From assembly GCF_964355755.1 (NCBI RefSeq), contig NC_092674.1, positions 13,020,001 to 13,084,000 of the forward strand: a stretch of 64,000 nucleotides of DNA, given 5' to 3'. Made by a program: the position numbers and the translations under genes. The notes beneath the pieces are model-generated. The model was not told the DNA's origin, searched no databases, and worked only from the letters and a program-made list of their open reading frames with translations. Source of the DNA: Antedon mediterranea. Lineage: Eukaryota > Animalia > Echinodermata. Below are positions 1-12,500 of this stretch, in pieces (position 1 is the first letter of the stretch; each line of letters starts with the position of its first letter).

Positions 1-270
1 TAAAACAATTGCACCATTCCTGTTTGATACATATTTGTTGAAGATTCACCATAAACAGTCAATTAACACAGACAGCAAAGCAGGGATACTGTTAATGTTA
101 CTATCAATAACAAGTTTTTTTTTCACTTTAACACCATTCGATGCAGCAATAAAAAGGGTTTAATGCTTTAATGTGATTTAAGAATAAACAAATGTAATGG
201 ATGTTAAACACTTATTATTAAAACACATTATTCAATCAATTTTTTTTTATATAAATGTATCTATTCTAAC

Positions 271-519
271 CTGAGATATTGGTAGATACAGTTTGTCTTT
301 TCGTAACTTTTGTATTTCCTGCAGTACTTGTAGCCATTTGATTGGCAAAGTAAGAATCATCATCTGGACTAATTTTTGTATTTGGAGAATGATTTTAGAA
401 GCACCGCTCTTTTCAAATGATACACTGTTTTCAATGGTAAAGAGCTCTTCTTGATACACCATATCCTCAAATGGTTTTCCTTCCAGGGCTTTCCAAAGTT
501 TTTTCTCTATTGCCTTTAC
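271..519 (-). CDS. Roco exon: end of ROC / start of COR (VKAIEKKLW...FTIENS...LPIKWLQVLQEIQKLRKDKLYLPISQ)
   Basis: ttttag|GTAAAG acceptor, CAG|gttaga donor, 249 nt, phase 0-0; LPxxWL COR-entry motif. Confidence 0.88.
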
Positions 520-3500
520 CTAAAATAAATAACATCACATTGGAATTAAACGTATGTCATGGGAAAATTTAAAGGGTGCCGTACCAGCCAAGACCCCACC
601 CCCACCCCATTTGTAAACTGCAAGAAGTCTTTTATTTAATTTATGTCACGCATTTATGTACCCAGTGTACACTAGTATAATTATACCAATATAAGAAAAT
701 GTGTGATAAATCATACATATTTGTATACCCTTTTATTTGTTTTATTATAGACCTAACAGATGGAACATTATTATCACAATGAAAGTGCACATACTGTAGT
801 ATTTCATTTATGAAATAATCTTAGATTTTTACAAAAAAATATCATTTGAAATACTTTTAATCTTTAGCCTACATATATTTTTAATTGAAATTAAGGTAAG
901 ATAATCATTTAATCATAAGCCAGCACAGTACAGTAGTATGTGCATGTCATGACAATGAAACAACTGTCCACCTGATTACATAATCGGGACTTTACGAAAC
1001 AGGGTGGTTAGTTTTCTGTGTTCGCTGGAGCGCAAAATTATAAACAAGACATAGCCATTTTATTAGTTACCCACCACGTGAAGACGACAACGATCGGTCA
1101 GAGAGAGAGAGAGACAACCATGTCTACTAGCCTACTAGACTATAATAGGGCTACTCTAGCTAGGGGACCTACCTAGGCTACTTACTAGATATGGGTGTAT
1201 TGATTTGGGTTTATGGCCTAAAAGCTAGAACAGCATTATCTCTAGTCTCCCTCCCCTGTCTCACGGGGGCCCTATTGAATCTCTTTGGCTTGGTGGTACG
1301 ACATATGCTTTCTAGCTAGGGACCTTGCAAACAAACGCCGTGCAAAATGTATTACACAGCAGCAATTTTAATCAAAAAACAATGTTATTTCGTTAAACAA
1401 TTAAATTAGAAGTGAAAATTACACTTTAAGTGTTTTGAACTGTATATTTAAGGTTATATATACTAGTTGTATTTCTAATCGTTCTTCATGAGCACCTAAT
1501 AGTATGAGCATGACATGATGTATAAAACAATCGCCCACCTGATTACACAATATATGGTTGCCAATGTTAGGGATGAAACTACATATTGTTTCCAATGAAT
1601 CAATTACAATATACAATTTTGTAATGTTTAATGAAACAAAATATGATAACATATGTACCATTTGTTGTCTTTCTTGTTCAGTTTTACCAAGGCTCTCATA
1701 ATGTGTACCAATCAGCATTATCTTGTTTTTCTGTCCTGTTCTTACGTTTACAAAAACTGAACGAATCCAAAACAGAATGAACTCAAGATTTGTCATTCGA
1801 TGTTCATACATTTTTCCCTAAATCACAAAGAAAATGAACAAAATTTTCATTTTAAATTCTTAAACAGGTAGTTTGAAAACATTGTGGAAAATTATCTTAT
1901 AATTGTGGTAATAATAGCAGCACACATTTATATAGAAAAATAACACTATCATGGAAATGGAAATAACAACAATCATGTATCAGGCCTCTGCTATTTGCAC
2001 AGTTTTTGTTAAGGTAAATGAAGATTTAGATTTTAAGATTTATATATATTTTTATATGGTATAGTTTATTCCATTCTGTAAGGGGCGGGTTTCCCGCTGT
2101 TGAATGAGTTTGAATAAAAATAAAATAAAATAAGAAATAAACATTTTATGTATATTCAAGTACATAGAACATTTGAAATTTGTAAAATCTACTTACAGTT
2201 GTTGGATCACGAACTTTAGCTGGGGCATCAAGATCTTGATTCAGGTTAAATACCACACATACAACAGCATAAGACACCATGAATATCTATTAAACATAAT
2301 CATAATTGTCAGTATTAAAAACCGTTTATACACATGTGCCAGTATACTGGCACAACTAAATATTTGATACTTATTTTTTTCCTCACAAACTGCATGTTCA
2401 TCTTGGAAACATTTACAATCTTAAACATTGGTTTAATAAATAATGAATGTTTTATTATTGCATTCTCTCTCCCTCCGGTGATCAGTGATTGGCTATTCTG
2501 GCATGATAATATATTACTACTACTGTAGTATTGTAACAGGAGGCATACTAAATTAAAGGCAAAACTAAGAAATTAGGTAAATCAATACAATTTACCCGTT
2601 GTATCACATGATATATAGGCTGCCCTCCAAAGTCCCAGAGGTTCATAACAAACTTGTTGCTGTCCACTTTAGAGTCACCACCTATTCTTACAGAGCGAAG
2701 TTGGCTTTCAACTTTGTTCACGACCACTTTAGGAATTTTTGGTCTATCTTTTAGTTTTTCTTCATACAGTGGTTCTGTTGTGATAAAATAATAATACATT
2801 TAATACAACAGTTTAATTCAATATCATTTCAACATTTAAAAATAAAATAGAAATCCATCATAATAAAGCTATTCCTTTTTACTTAAATCTTGATGATTGT
2901 AAAAACAGACAAGACAGATGGAGGCAGGCTAAGAATATAGAGCAGGATGACACTATAACTGTTTTGTTAAAAGAAAAGGTATTTCCAATGCAATATTTAA
3001 GCATTCTAAACCTTATCCTTTCCAATCAATGGTTTAGTGATGAGTTTATTTAACCATATTGTACTGCAAGTTGAATAGATTACACAGCAGTGTCATACAA
3101 TATACAAATACTAGTATTGACTGTCAAAGTTACTTTCAAGATAATATGTTTATTAGCATACACTGATGATTATGATTAAATTTCCGCTCCTTAAATCATT
3201 TCAATATTTCTGATATCATTACTATGTATGAACAGCACAATCAACCACATTTCAAAATAAATATTTACCCTCCTTTTGTGGGCTTGGCATGGAATTTGAA
3301 CTTTTTGAGGTTTCAGCAAATTTGGCTTCCTGTTTTGATGTTGATACTCCTGTGGGATTTTTCTCTTTCTCATGTCTACTTTCTGAAAAATGTGTTGATA
3401 TAATTAAATATGATGCTATCTTGTAATAAGGAGCATAATACATTAACATTCAATAACATTAGGCTTTATAATCAAATTAACTTGACAAGAATTAAAGTTT

Positions 3501-6500
3501 ACAGTAATGAATCTTTTTTTTTTTATAAACATGTCTTTTTATATTAAATTGTATATGTATTTTCTAAAATCATTTTTGTACCAATTTGTGGTTTTGTATT
3601 GTTCAATTTATATAGACTACTTTTTTTATACAGTTAAACATGTTTTACAGCAGATTACAATAACAATAAAGACATTTTAACTAAATTTGAATTAACTGTA
3701 ATTAACATCTTTTACCAGATTTGGTTTTCTCCTTTGATGGTCCTGCTCTTGGTGTGTATCCTTCTGTATAGCGTGGACTTTTCAACATTTGTTTAACTGT
3801 GACATCAGTGACAGCATCCTGATACATGTCTGAAGCTTTTTAATAAAAAAAAGTGTTAATAAATTCACATTATATTATTTTTTACCCTGTTACATATTGG
3901 TTTTTAAAAGCATTGAAACCATTTTAATGTTGTTGTTGCAATAATTGATCCTCCTTGGTCAAAGTGGATAATTATTATATGATATTAAAATGGCATATTA
4001 CTTATTTGGTAAAAAAAATAATACAAAAACACATTGTGGCATGAAAAAGCATGTCACAGGGTGAATTTTAAAACATTTATTTTGGTTGTTTTTTAACAGC
4101 AACATGTATGTGAATAAAGTGAATACTTACAAATATCCTGCGTTGTTTCTTTCAACATTTGCTTGTTACTGGCATCTGGTGTACACACCGTTGTTTTAAC
4201 CATTGCATCTGTTATTATATGCAATGGATTAAACCTATGACAAATTACATTATATAATTATAAAAGAATGTTTGCATTAATAATCTAGAGAAACATAATT
4301 TGATGGTATACTGCAAATACATTGTTTTTACGTTGAATTATAATCTTATTTTAAACCCTATTTTGAGGTTCACAATATCCTGTTGAAAACAAATTGAAAG
4401 CATCTGTTAACGTTTCTATCAGTAACTTTCCACTTATCCTTACAGACAGTATAGACCCTCAACAATGTGTGTTTACAGGAACTATATGTGTACAGTTATA
4501 TACCAATCAAACAATAATACATCTACGCAATAAAATATATAGGACACTGTTCCCAACTGCAAGTAGCAAACAATCAATCAACAAAAAATAATATAATGTG
4601 CTTACTCTTTTCTTAAAAGAGAATTGATAGTAGAAGTTTTTCCAACATTCTCAAGTCCTACAAAAATAGTTCTTCCTTGATTAAACTCTGTTTGTCCTTC
4701 TTCAAGTGCATTTTGAAATGCTTTCACCGCATCAGGTCCTCTTGCCAATATCTCCTCTGGAACATGCATATCTTAAAATAAACAAAATCAATTACAGTAT
4801 AATTTCCTACTTTCATTTTTTCATGGAAATTCTGAAGATATTGGTATCTGAAATATATGCCTGTCATTGGCAGAAAATACAGTGCCAACTCACTAGGCGA
4901 ATTAAACAAGAAAACTAAGATCTAGAAAACTCAGATATATCCATTATTAATCAGAGGGATTTAAAAAATAGTGTATACCTTTATATAAATATTTCATTGC
5001 AGTGTTATAGATTAGGGTTTGCATAATTGTATTTATGTTTTGATTTAATTATTAAATTTACTATATTAGCTCAATATTTAACAGCGTGGTAACCTGAATA
5101 GCAGAATACAATCTGAATTTTCTAGTTATTTTCTAGAACTAGAAAATTCAGAAATATCTGAGATCCGAGTTTTCTAGACACCAATTAAACAGTGCATACA
5201 TTTATTATAATATTTATTATAATCTTTATCACAATTTTATTTTCTTTATTTATCCAAAAAAATTGTGAGAAATAGCATATTAACAGGAGTGCAGGAGATC
5301 ACAAGAATATTGGGAGATAACACTCCTACAATTATTGGGAAAGTTGAGAGGTCTGAGTCAGTCTGGAAGTTAGCATACATCCAGCTGTTTTCACTTACTT
5401 TCAATGTTATTTGCCAACTCTTTTTCATCAGATTTCATGAGCGCTTTAACAAGTTGCGAACGCTTGGACTCAGAAGTTGATAATTTCATGGCCCAAGCAT
5501 CCAGCATGTTATAAGTCATTTTATATTCATCATCTGGATTATCTTGTTTAAAATGATCGATTTCTGCCATGGTAAACTCAAGATTTACTGCTAGTTGTTT
5601 CCAATCAATAGCTGTTGTGGCTATGTTGATTAATTCTTTGGTTGTTATATCTAAATAAAATAAGATATTCTCATAATTTGTAAAACATTCAATGCGAAAG
5701 GGGATACATAGGCTATAACACAGTGTTCACAGCTCCAGCATGCCTAGTAAGATGTTTGTCTCCAAATCACTGTGCATATGGTTTAATTGATTCTTTGCTG
5801 AAATATTTTCAGGAAATGTTATCAACAACTTTGCTACTGACAAATGGCAAACGCTTTCATTTTTTAAAAAACACACACACAAACCCCCTCACATTTCAGC
5901 CAAACTTCCAATATGAAAAAGCACAGCAAATCATTGTAAACTGTACCTCTAGTATAGTATAAAGGTTTTTGAAGAATATTCATACCTGATGATGTGATAT
6001 CTATGAATGGTAAAGGTCCGCCTAAAAAATGAAAATACATGAGTAAAAAACAGTTAATTTTGAAGGGTGTTACAACCGCTAACAACAGCTAATGTCGAAA
6101 CAACCGTTAATGTAGAACAATCCACCGCTAATGTAGTAAAACCACCAGCTAATGTAGAAACAACAACACCTTATGTATAAATAAAAATCAACACCAGCTA
6201 ATGTAGAAACGGTCAACAGCTTATGTAGTACCGACAATTGCCTCCCAGCTTATGTAGTTACTATCGCCAGCTAATGTAGAAATTGTTGTATATTTTACAA
6301 AAATGTCATCATGTGCAAATGCATCGATCTTTACTTATCTACAGTCTTTCAACCTCTCGTAAGCAACCAACTTTCTAAACGATCACACATGGTAAGCAGC
6401 CATCTCTGTTAAAGGACCGCTTTTCATAATCGACCAACTCACGTAAGGGATCACCTCATCTCATAAGGGATCGCTTCACATAATCGACCACAAGCGACTA

Positions 6501-9500
6501 CAACTCATTAGCTGGGGTTTTCTACATTAGCGATTGTAACAAAGGGTTTGAAGGTTTTAATTTTATAAAATTAAAAATATGATTTTTTTTAAATTGCAAA
6601 AAGGCAATGCCTTTTATCATTAATAATCAATAGTCTGTTTTATTTTACTTCGTTTAATTTTACTTTACTTTATAATATTACCAAAATTTAGACATAGCGT
6701 ATAATTCCATCGCAAAATGGAAGATAAACATGATAAAATACAAAATAACTTAATAACTTAAACTATTAAAAAAATTCAGACAAAAAGCAAGATAATTATA
6801 CATGAATAGAAGGATATACTATGATTTAAGCAATCTAGGTAATCTGCAAATAAATCTATAACAATGTTGAGTTTAAAAACTTGATATTTCAAGGGGAGGG
6901 TCTAGTTGAATAGGCTTGTCTAATTAAATTCATCTAAGATGTAAATATTTGATTTAGGGGTATAGTAAAAAACAAAATCAAAATTACAAGACTGTTGAAT
7001 TGTATCTTATAATAGGACTGACAATTACTACTTAATAAAATAATCCATGATCATTAAGATTTAATTCTATTTTTTTAACAAGCAATCCCAATTATTATTT
7101 ATTATGTTCATTATTACCTTTCCAAGCTTTGTTTTAAGTTTTCATAGTACTTACCTTTCAGAATGTTAATGATTTCTTTTTTCTGATCTTTATCATATTT
7201 ATCACAACTGTTTTCATTATAGCAATCCAAGGCAGACTTTCCCTCCTAACAATCAAAGGTTATAAATGTCATGTTATTATGTGATTACAAAATATATTAT
7301 ACTAAGCAGTCCTAAACATATTACAAAAGTGTGCTTAAAATGTCACATAATTTGCAAGACCATAACCCCCTTTTCCTTTTTATCCAGCATATAAATGTAA
7401 TTTTTATCTTGCTATTAAAACCATGGCAAACCTAGTGAGGGCTTACTGTACCTACCTCTACCTACATTACATTTTGTGTCATAGCTTAATTGCACTGCAT
7501 AGTAATTGAATGTGCATTTGATGTAATAAATAAGTATACATCTAACTTTCCATGGTTGAATGCCTAATTCGAATCCCACTGAGGACCACTTTTTTAAAGA
7601 ATAATTTTTGTTTGTGCTGGTTATGACCGTCTTCCTTTTAAACTAGAACTCTGTCAACATTCCGGGTTAAGATCATTAGTGTTGCAAAGTTTGCTACAAA
7701 AAACTGGGCGGTAAAAAAGTTTTCTATACATTAAAAAAAAAGTAACTATAATGAAGTAAAACAATTAATGACATTCTTGAAATTTGATTACTGAGCTATT
7801 GAGCTTTGACCAAATCTGACTTAATTTTTACACTATTTTTTAATTACAAAAAAAAGAAAATTAGAATTAGATGTTAACAGGCCTTTAACACTAAATTATG
7901 ATTAACTATCTCTCAATATTTATTACATTGTTATTATCTCAATATTAGTTACAGTAGAAAAGCATTAAACAAATCCTCAGACGACAGTTGAATTAACAAA
8001 CAAACAAAACCAACAAGCAAACAAACAACAAACATACAGGGGCGAAAACATAACCTCCTAGACAGAGGGAATAAAAGTGTTCATTCTAAGCATTCTCAAA
8101 TTGTCTAACAAATGTGTTGATTACTAAACAATTTGACCACAAAATTCATTTTGCTTTAAATCCAAAGCTTACAAATATTCAAAAGGAACCTTTTTGGACA
8201 GTGTACATCCAGCTGAAATAAATTAGGATTTTGTTAATATGTATAATGAGCAACTGAGAGGATACATTTAATATCAAATGATATGTCAACAACTAAAATT
8301 TAAAGAAATATAGAACAAATACTTAATGTACTTTCATTATTTATTATATGTATTTAATTATGTATAATACTTCAGTTTATAGTTTTGTAAAATATGAGAA
8401 AAATAGCAATAAAGGAAGCATGGTTCTGTTTATTTGTGATTATAAACAATTCAATTTAGATTTACAATTTAACAATACAATGTCAATACTGTAATGATAA
8501 AAAAGAAATATTAATCACTATAAAATTTGTTTGGGAGTATCATTTTCATTTTAATATATCTGTAATTAATCATTCTTTCAAACAAATATACAGGTACATG
8601 GTGGATGGTCAATAGATTGCTCGATGATCAGACAAGAAGAAACTAGCCTGAAATTGTCAATGATAATAATAAACCTTTTTCATTATATAATGTAAAAAAA
8701 AAGAATAGAACATCTATATTATTAACATAATTTCATTACAGTACTTAATAACAAACTTACCTTGTTTGTATTGTAAATGTCCATACTTCCTTCCTGTATG
8801 AAGAACACAAAAATATTCCTGTGTTCTTCATATTGAATATTTGCTCGAGCACATACTTGCATAGCATTGTCTCCATTCTAGTAAAAAGTGAAAAAATAAA
8901 GTGCACCAGCTGTACTGCATATATTTTAAATAAGTTTAACAAAAAGGCCAGAGAGGCCAGGGGAGAGTGGGGTTGGTTGAATCAAATTTTCTAATTTTGA
9001 CCATAATTATTTTTTTTTTGGTTGCTTTGGTTAAGCTGTAATTAACAGTGTATGTTCACTAACATTCCTTCAGGCAACACAGTGAATTATATGGACATCA
9101 GAAAACATATTTAGAAAATACATATTAAGAAATTACCAAGATGAGTCGACCGATTCAACCAACCCCTTCATCAGGGTAGGTTGAATCACATAGTGGGGTT
9201 AGTTGAATCATGAAATAATATGTAATAAATACAATGATATCTTTAATATATATTTATTAAGATGAAAACCACATTATAACAAATATATATTAATTAATAA
9301 ACTACTATTAAAAAAACTATTTCATGATATATAAAGCTGCTGCACTATTATGTTTTTAAAATGTTAGTTATTATTACACGTAAAAAGCACCATAACATAA
9401 ATATGAATTGTTTAAAGAGTTAGGCTTTTTAACTAAATTGTTTACTTGAGTTGTTTAAAATAATATATTCGAATTACAGGAACAAACTTGGCACAACAAG

Positions 9501-12500
9501 AAATGTAATTAAATGTATACAGTAAATGTTTACGTTTACATGAAAAACTGGTTACTCGCAAACCGAGCAAATGAATGTGCGTCCATTTTCGGTGCACTCC
9601 ACATGTGACCTTTCTTCACAACCCTCCGCTAAACACTCCACAAATTTCACAATACCAGTCAGTTCCCTTACTTGGTTTTTCTTTTTGAGTGTTGTTTGGC
9701 GTTTTCGACTTTGATTTTGATTTACCTTTACTTTCACTTGCAGATTTCCTTTTCATTATTGCCTCTTTTTCTGGGGTGTCAGTCAGAATTGCAGATTTTA
9801 AAGTTTTTCTGCCATGGCCTTTGTTTTTTCTTGGTGGAGCAACTGGAAATGGGCGAATAGTTTCCGGGCTAAATGGCAATCTTCGGCATGCAGCAGATGT
9901 GGATGGTTCATCCTCTAAAATTTCATTGGGTGTTGACAGTTGACTTGCATTGACGACAGGTGGTGGAATTTCAAAATCATCATTTTCTGCTACTGGCTCG
10001 TTTTCTGTCAATGGCTCATTTTCTGCTACTGGCTCGTTTTCTGCCACTGGCTCATTGTCTGCAATTGACTCATCTTCTGCAATTGGCTCATCTTCTGCTT
10101 CTGGTTGATCAGTCGTATCAGCAGGTGCAAAGTCGAAATCCTCAAAGATGTCTCGGTTAAATGGAAATATTCCACACTTGCGAAACCCATTTGTTATATT
10201 TATAGGCGTATTTGCCTTAGAAAGTGCCTCTTTTACCACACCTGGGATGTCATAGATGGTCATTCTTTCACCGGGATGAGTCTTCATCCATGAATCCTGT
10301 GCAGACCGCAAGTATGTCTTAAATGGACCATATACGCTTCTATCCAGTGGCTGGAGTTTGTGACTCGTGTGGGGTGGAAAGGAAAGTATGACAATACCAT
10401 TTTCCTTAGCAAAGTCAAGGGTTTCTATTGACAAGTGTGGTCCTGCATTGTCCAATAATAATAACAATGGCTTCTCTTTAGATGGCTTTGAAAAATTGGC
10501 GAAATGTTTGATGAAAGCAAGGAAGTCATCTTCTTGCATCCATCCAGATCCATTCGCTCTACCAATGCTTCCTGGTGGTCCATCGCGGATGAAATAGCCC
10601 TGATACTTAACCCGAGGAAATATGAACATAGGTGTTGTTGCATTACCTACTGCGTTTATTGCTTGGCACACAGTAACTAGAACACCTCGCTCAGCACTTA
10701 CAATAGCTCCGACTTGCTTTTCTCCCTTTTTAGCGACAACCTTTGATGGCTTTTGCACTGTTGTTGCCCCGGTCTCGTCCAAATTCCATATATCATTTGG
10801 AGCAAATTTGTGCCTGTTTGAAACATTGTTCCGGTTAAAATTCATAGCTCTCGCTAAACTTGTCGCTTCTGCAGCTCTTATACTAATATTTGGGTGACGC
10901 TTCAAAAAAGAACAAAACCAATCCTTCCCTGCTTTCTGGTTTTCAGTCCAACTTTGTGGCAAATCTACTTCATATGCTATGGCTAGCTCATATGCAAACT
11001 TCCTTACATCATCTGGCGTCAAACCAAAATACATAGCAGCAGCTCTCAATATATATTAAACCAGCGTTTCCTCTTGGTTGTCACTAAACACCTGTCAATT
11101 TCGGACATATCCAACGTGTGTGTCAGTTAATGCTCTTGTCACTTCAAGAGGGGTATTCAAAGCACCATCGGCATCTGAAAATATAGTTTAATGTATACAG
11201 TTAGCTAATAGTAATATTTTAATACCTTATTATTATTTTTATACATTTCAGTATCCATACCTTTCTTTAGTTTGTTGACAAGTTTTTGGAGAGTACTGTA
11301 ATTGACATCAAAGTCTTTTGCCACTGATCTTACAGACAGGTTCTCCAATATCACAATTCGTGCTGCTCGTTTTAAAATTTCTGGGTTTTTCCCCCGTTCG
11401 GTTTTTCTCTTATGAGTTCTAGGCATGACTGTATGTTGATAACTGAAAAATGCAAACCAAAGATCATTAGAATTAACAAAAAATAGGTAGCGCTGGCAGT
11501 CGTATACTAGGCCTTATAGGCTATAGTAGCCTCCATAATTTAATTTTAATAACTATGCCTATAGTATAATAGTAATACAGTAAATTATTTGAAAGATGTT
11601 TATTTATATTTAATACTTACTTAATACTTAATAATAATACTGTAATTTTAGGCTAGGCCTAGTGTAGCAATGTAGTTTAATTTCTTACAATTTACATCTT
11701 TAAATTTCTATTCTGTATAAGAACATTTCTATAGTTAATATTATTGAGTTGAAAAGGTTTAAAACTACATAAATTAACATAAACAATGCACATTATTATC
11801 TTGGGGTTGGTTGCATCACGTGATGGGGTAGGTTGCATCACCTGATTCAACCAACCCCATAGGCACAGACAGCATTAATTCGTGTCATAGAAAAAAAAAA
11901 CGTGGCTCAACCATGGAGGTTTATACCTCCATGGCTCAACCAAGAAGCTTATCATATAATATTTTACCCTAATATATGTGTTATATAAGACTACTAAATA
12001 TTTCAGGAAAAACGATCAGTATAAATAAACAAAACGAAAATCTTTACAAATTTGAAAAATGTACTTACAGGCATAAATCGAGCTGGATTTTTAAAACAAT
12101 AGGTTAATAGTACAGAAGTATTAGACTTTGAGGTAGAAATAAATATGCTAAAGCTGAATTTTTCAGGATAGGTCCCTAATGTTGTCTGAAACAACTTACT
12201 AAAAGTCCCCGGGTTTCCCCGTTGTGCTTCAACCCGATTGGGCCATTTTTCAAAATGGCGGCCATCTTAAATTTATTTACCATTATGCTGACAAATACTC
12301 AGAAGACCCATATTTATATTCACTGTAATGAATAAGTTTAACAAGATGGTCAGAAATGCCTGTTTTGACCTTTGACCCTAAATTTGGATTATCTCAATAT
12401 CTCATCAACGACTGGCCGTAGAGACTACAAAGTTGTCCCAAATTATTTGGAATGCCCAACTTTCTATTCACTTTAATGAAAAAAAAAACAAATTCCTTTA

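Larger units (their letters stand above)
8958..12160 (-). mobile_element. pogo-superfamily DNA transposon (DD35D), defective; right boundary not resolved
   Basis: Terminus GGGGAGAGTGGGGTTGGTTGAATCA with the motif repeated at ~9155-9210 and ~11800-11860; encloses the transposase. Confidence 0.8.

Noticed and set aside
1-270. Next COR exon
   Set aside because: No convincing acceptor plus open frame; the gene presumably continues left of the window.
1419-1658. 3' part of the 130-aa ORF
   Set aside because: Read-through into intron beyond the donor at 1658; the true exon is 1659-1817.
7545-7600. tRNA-like fragment (TTCGAATCCC)
   Set aside because: Only a degenerate B-box, no cloverleaf; at most a SINE relic.
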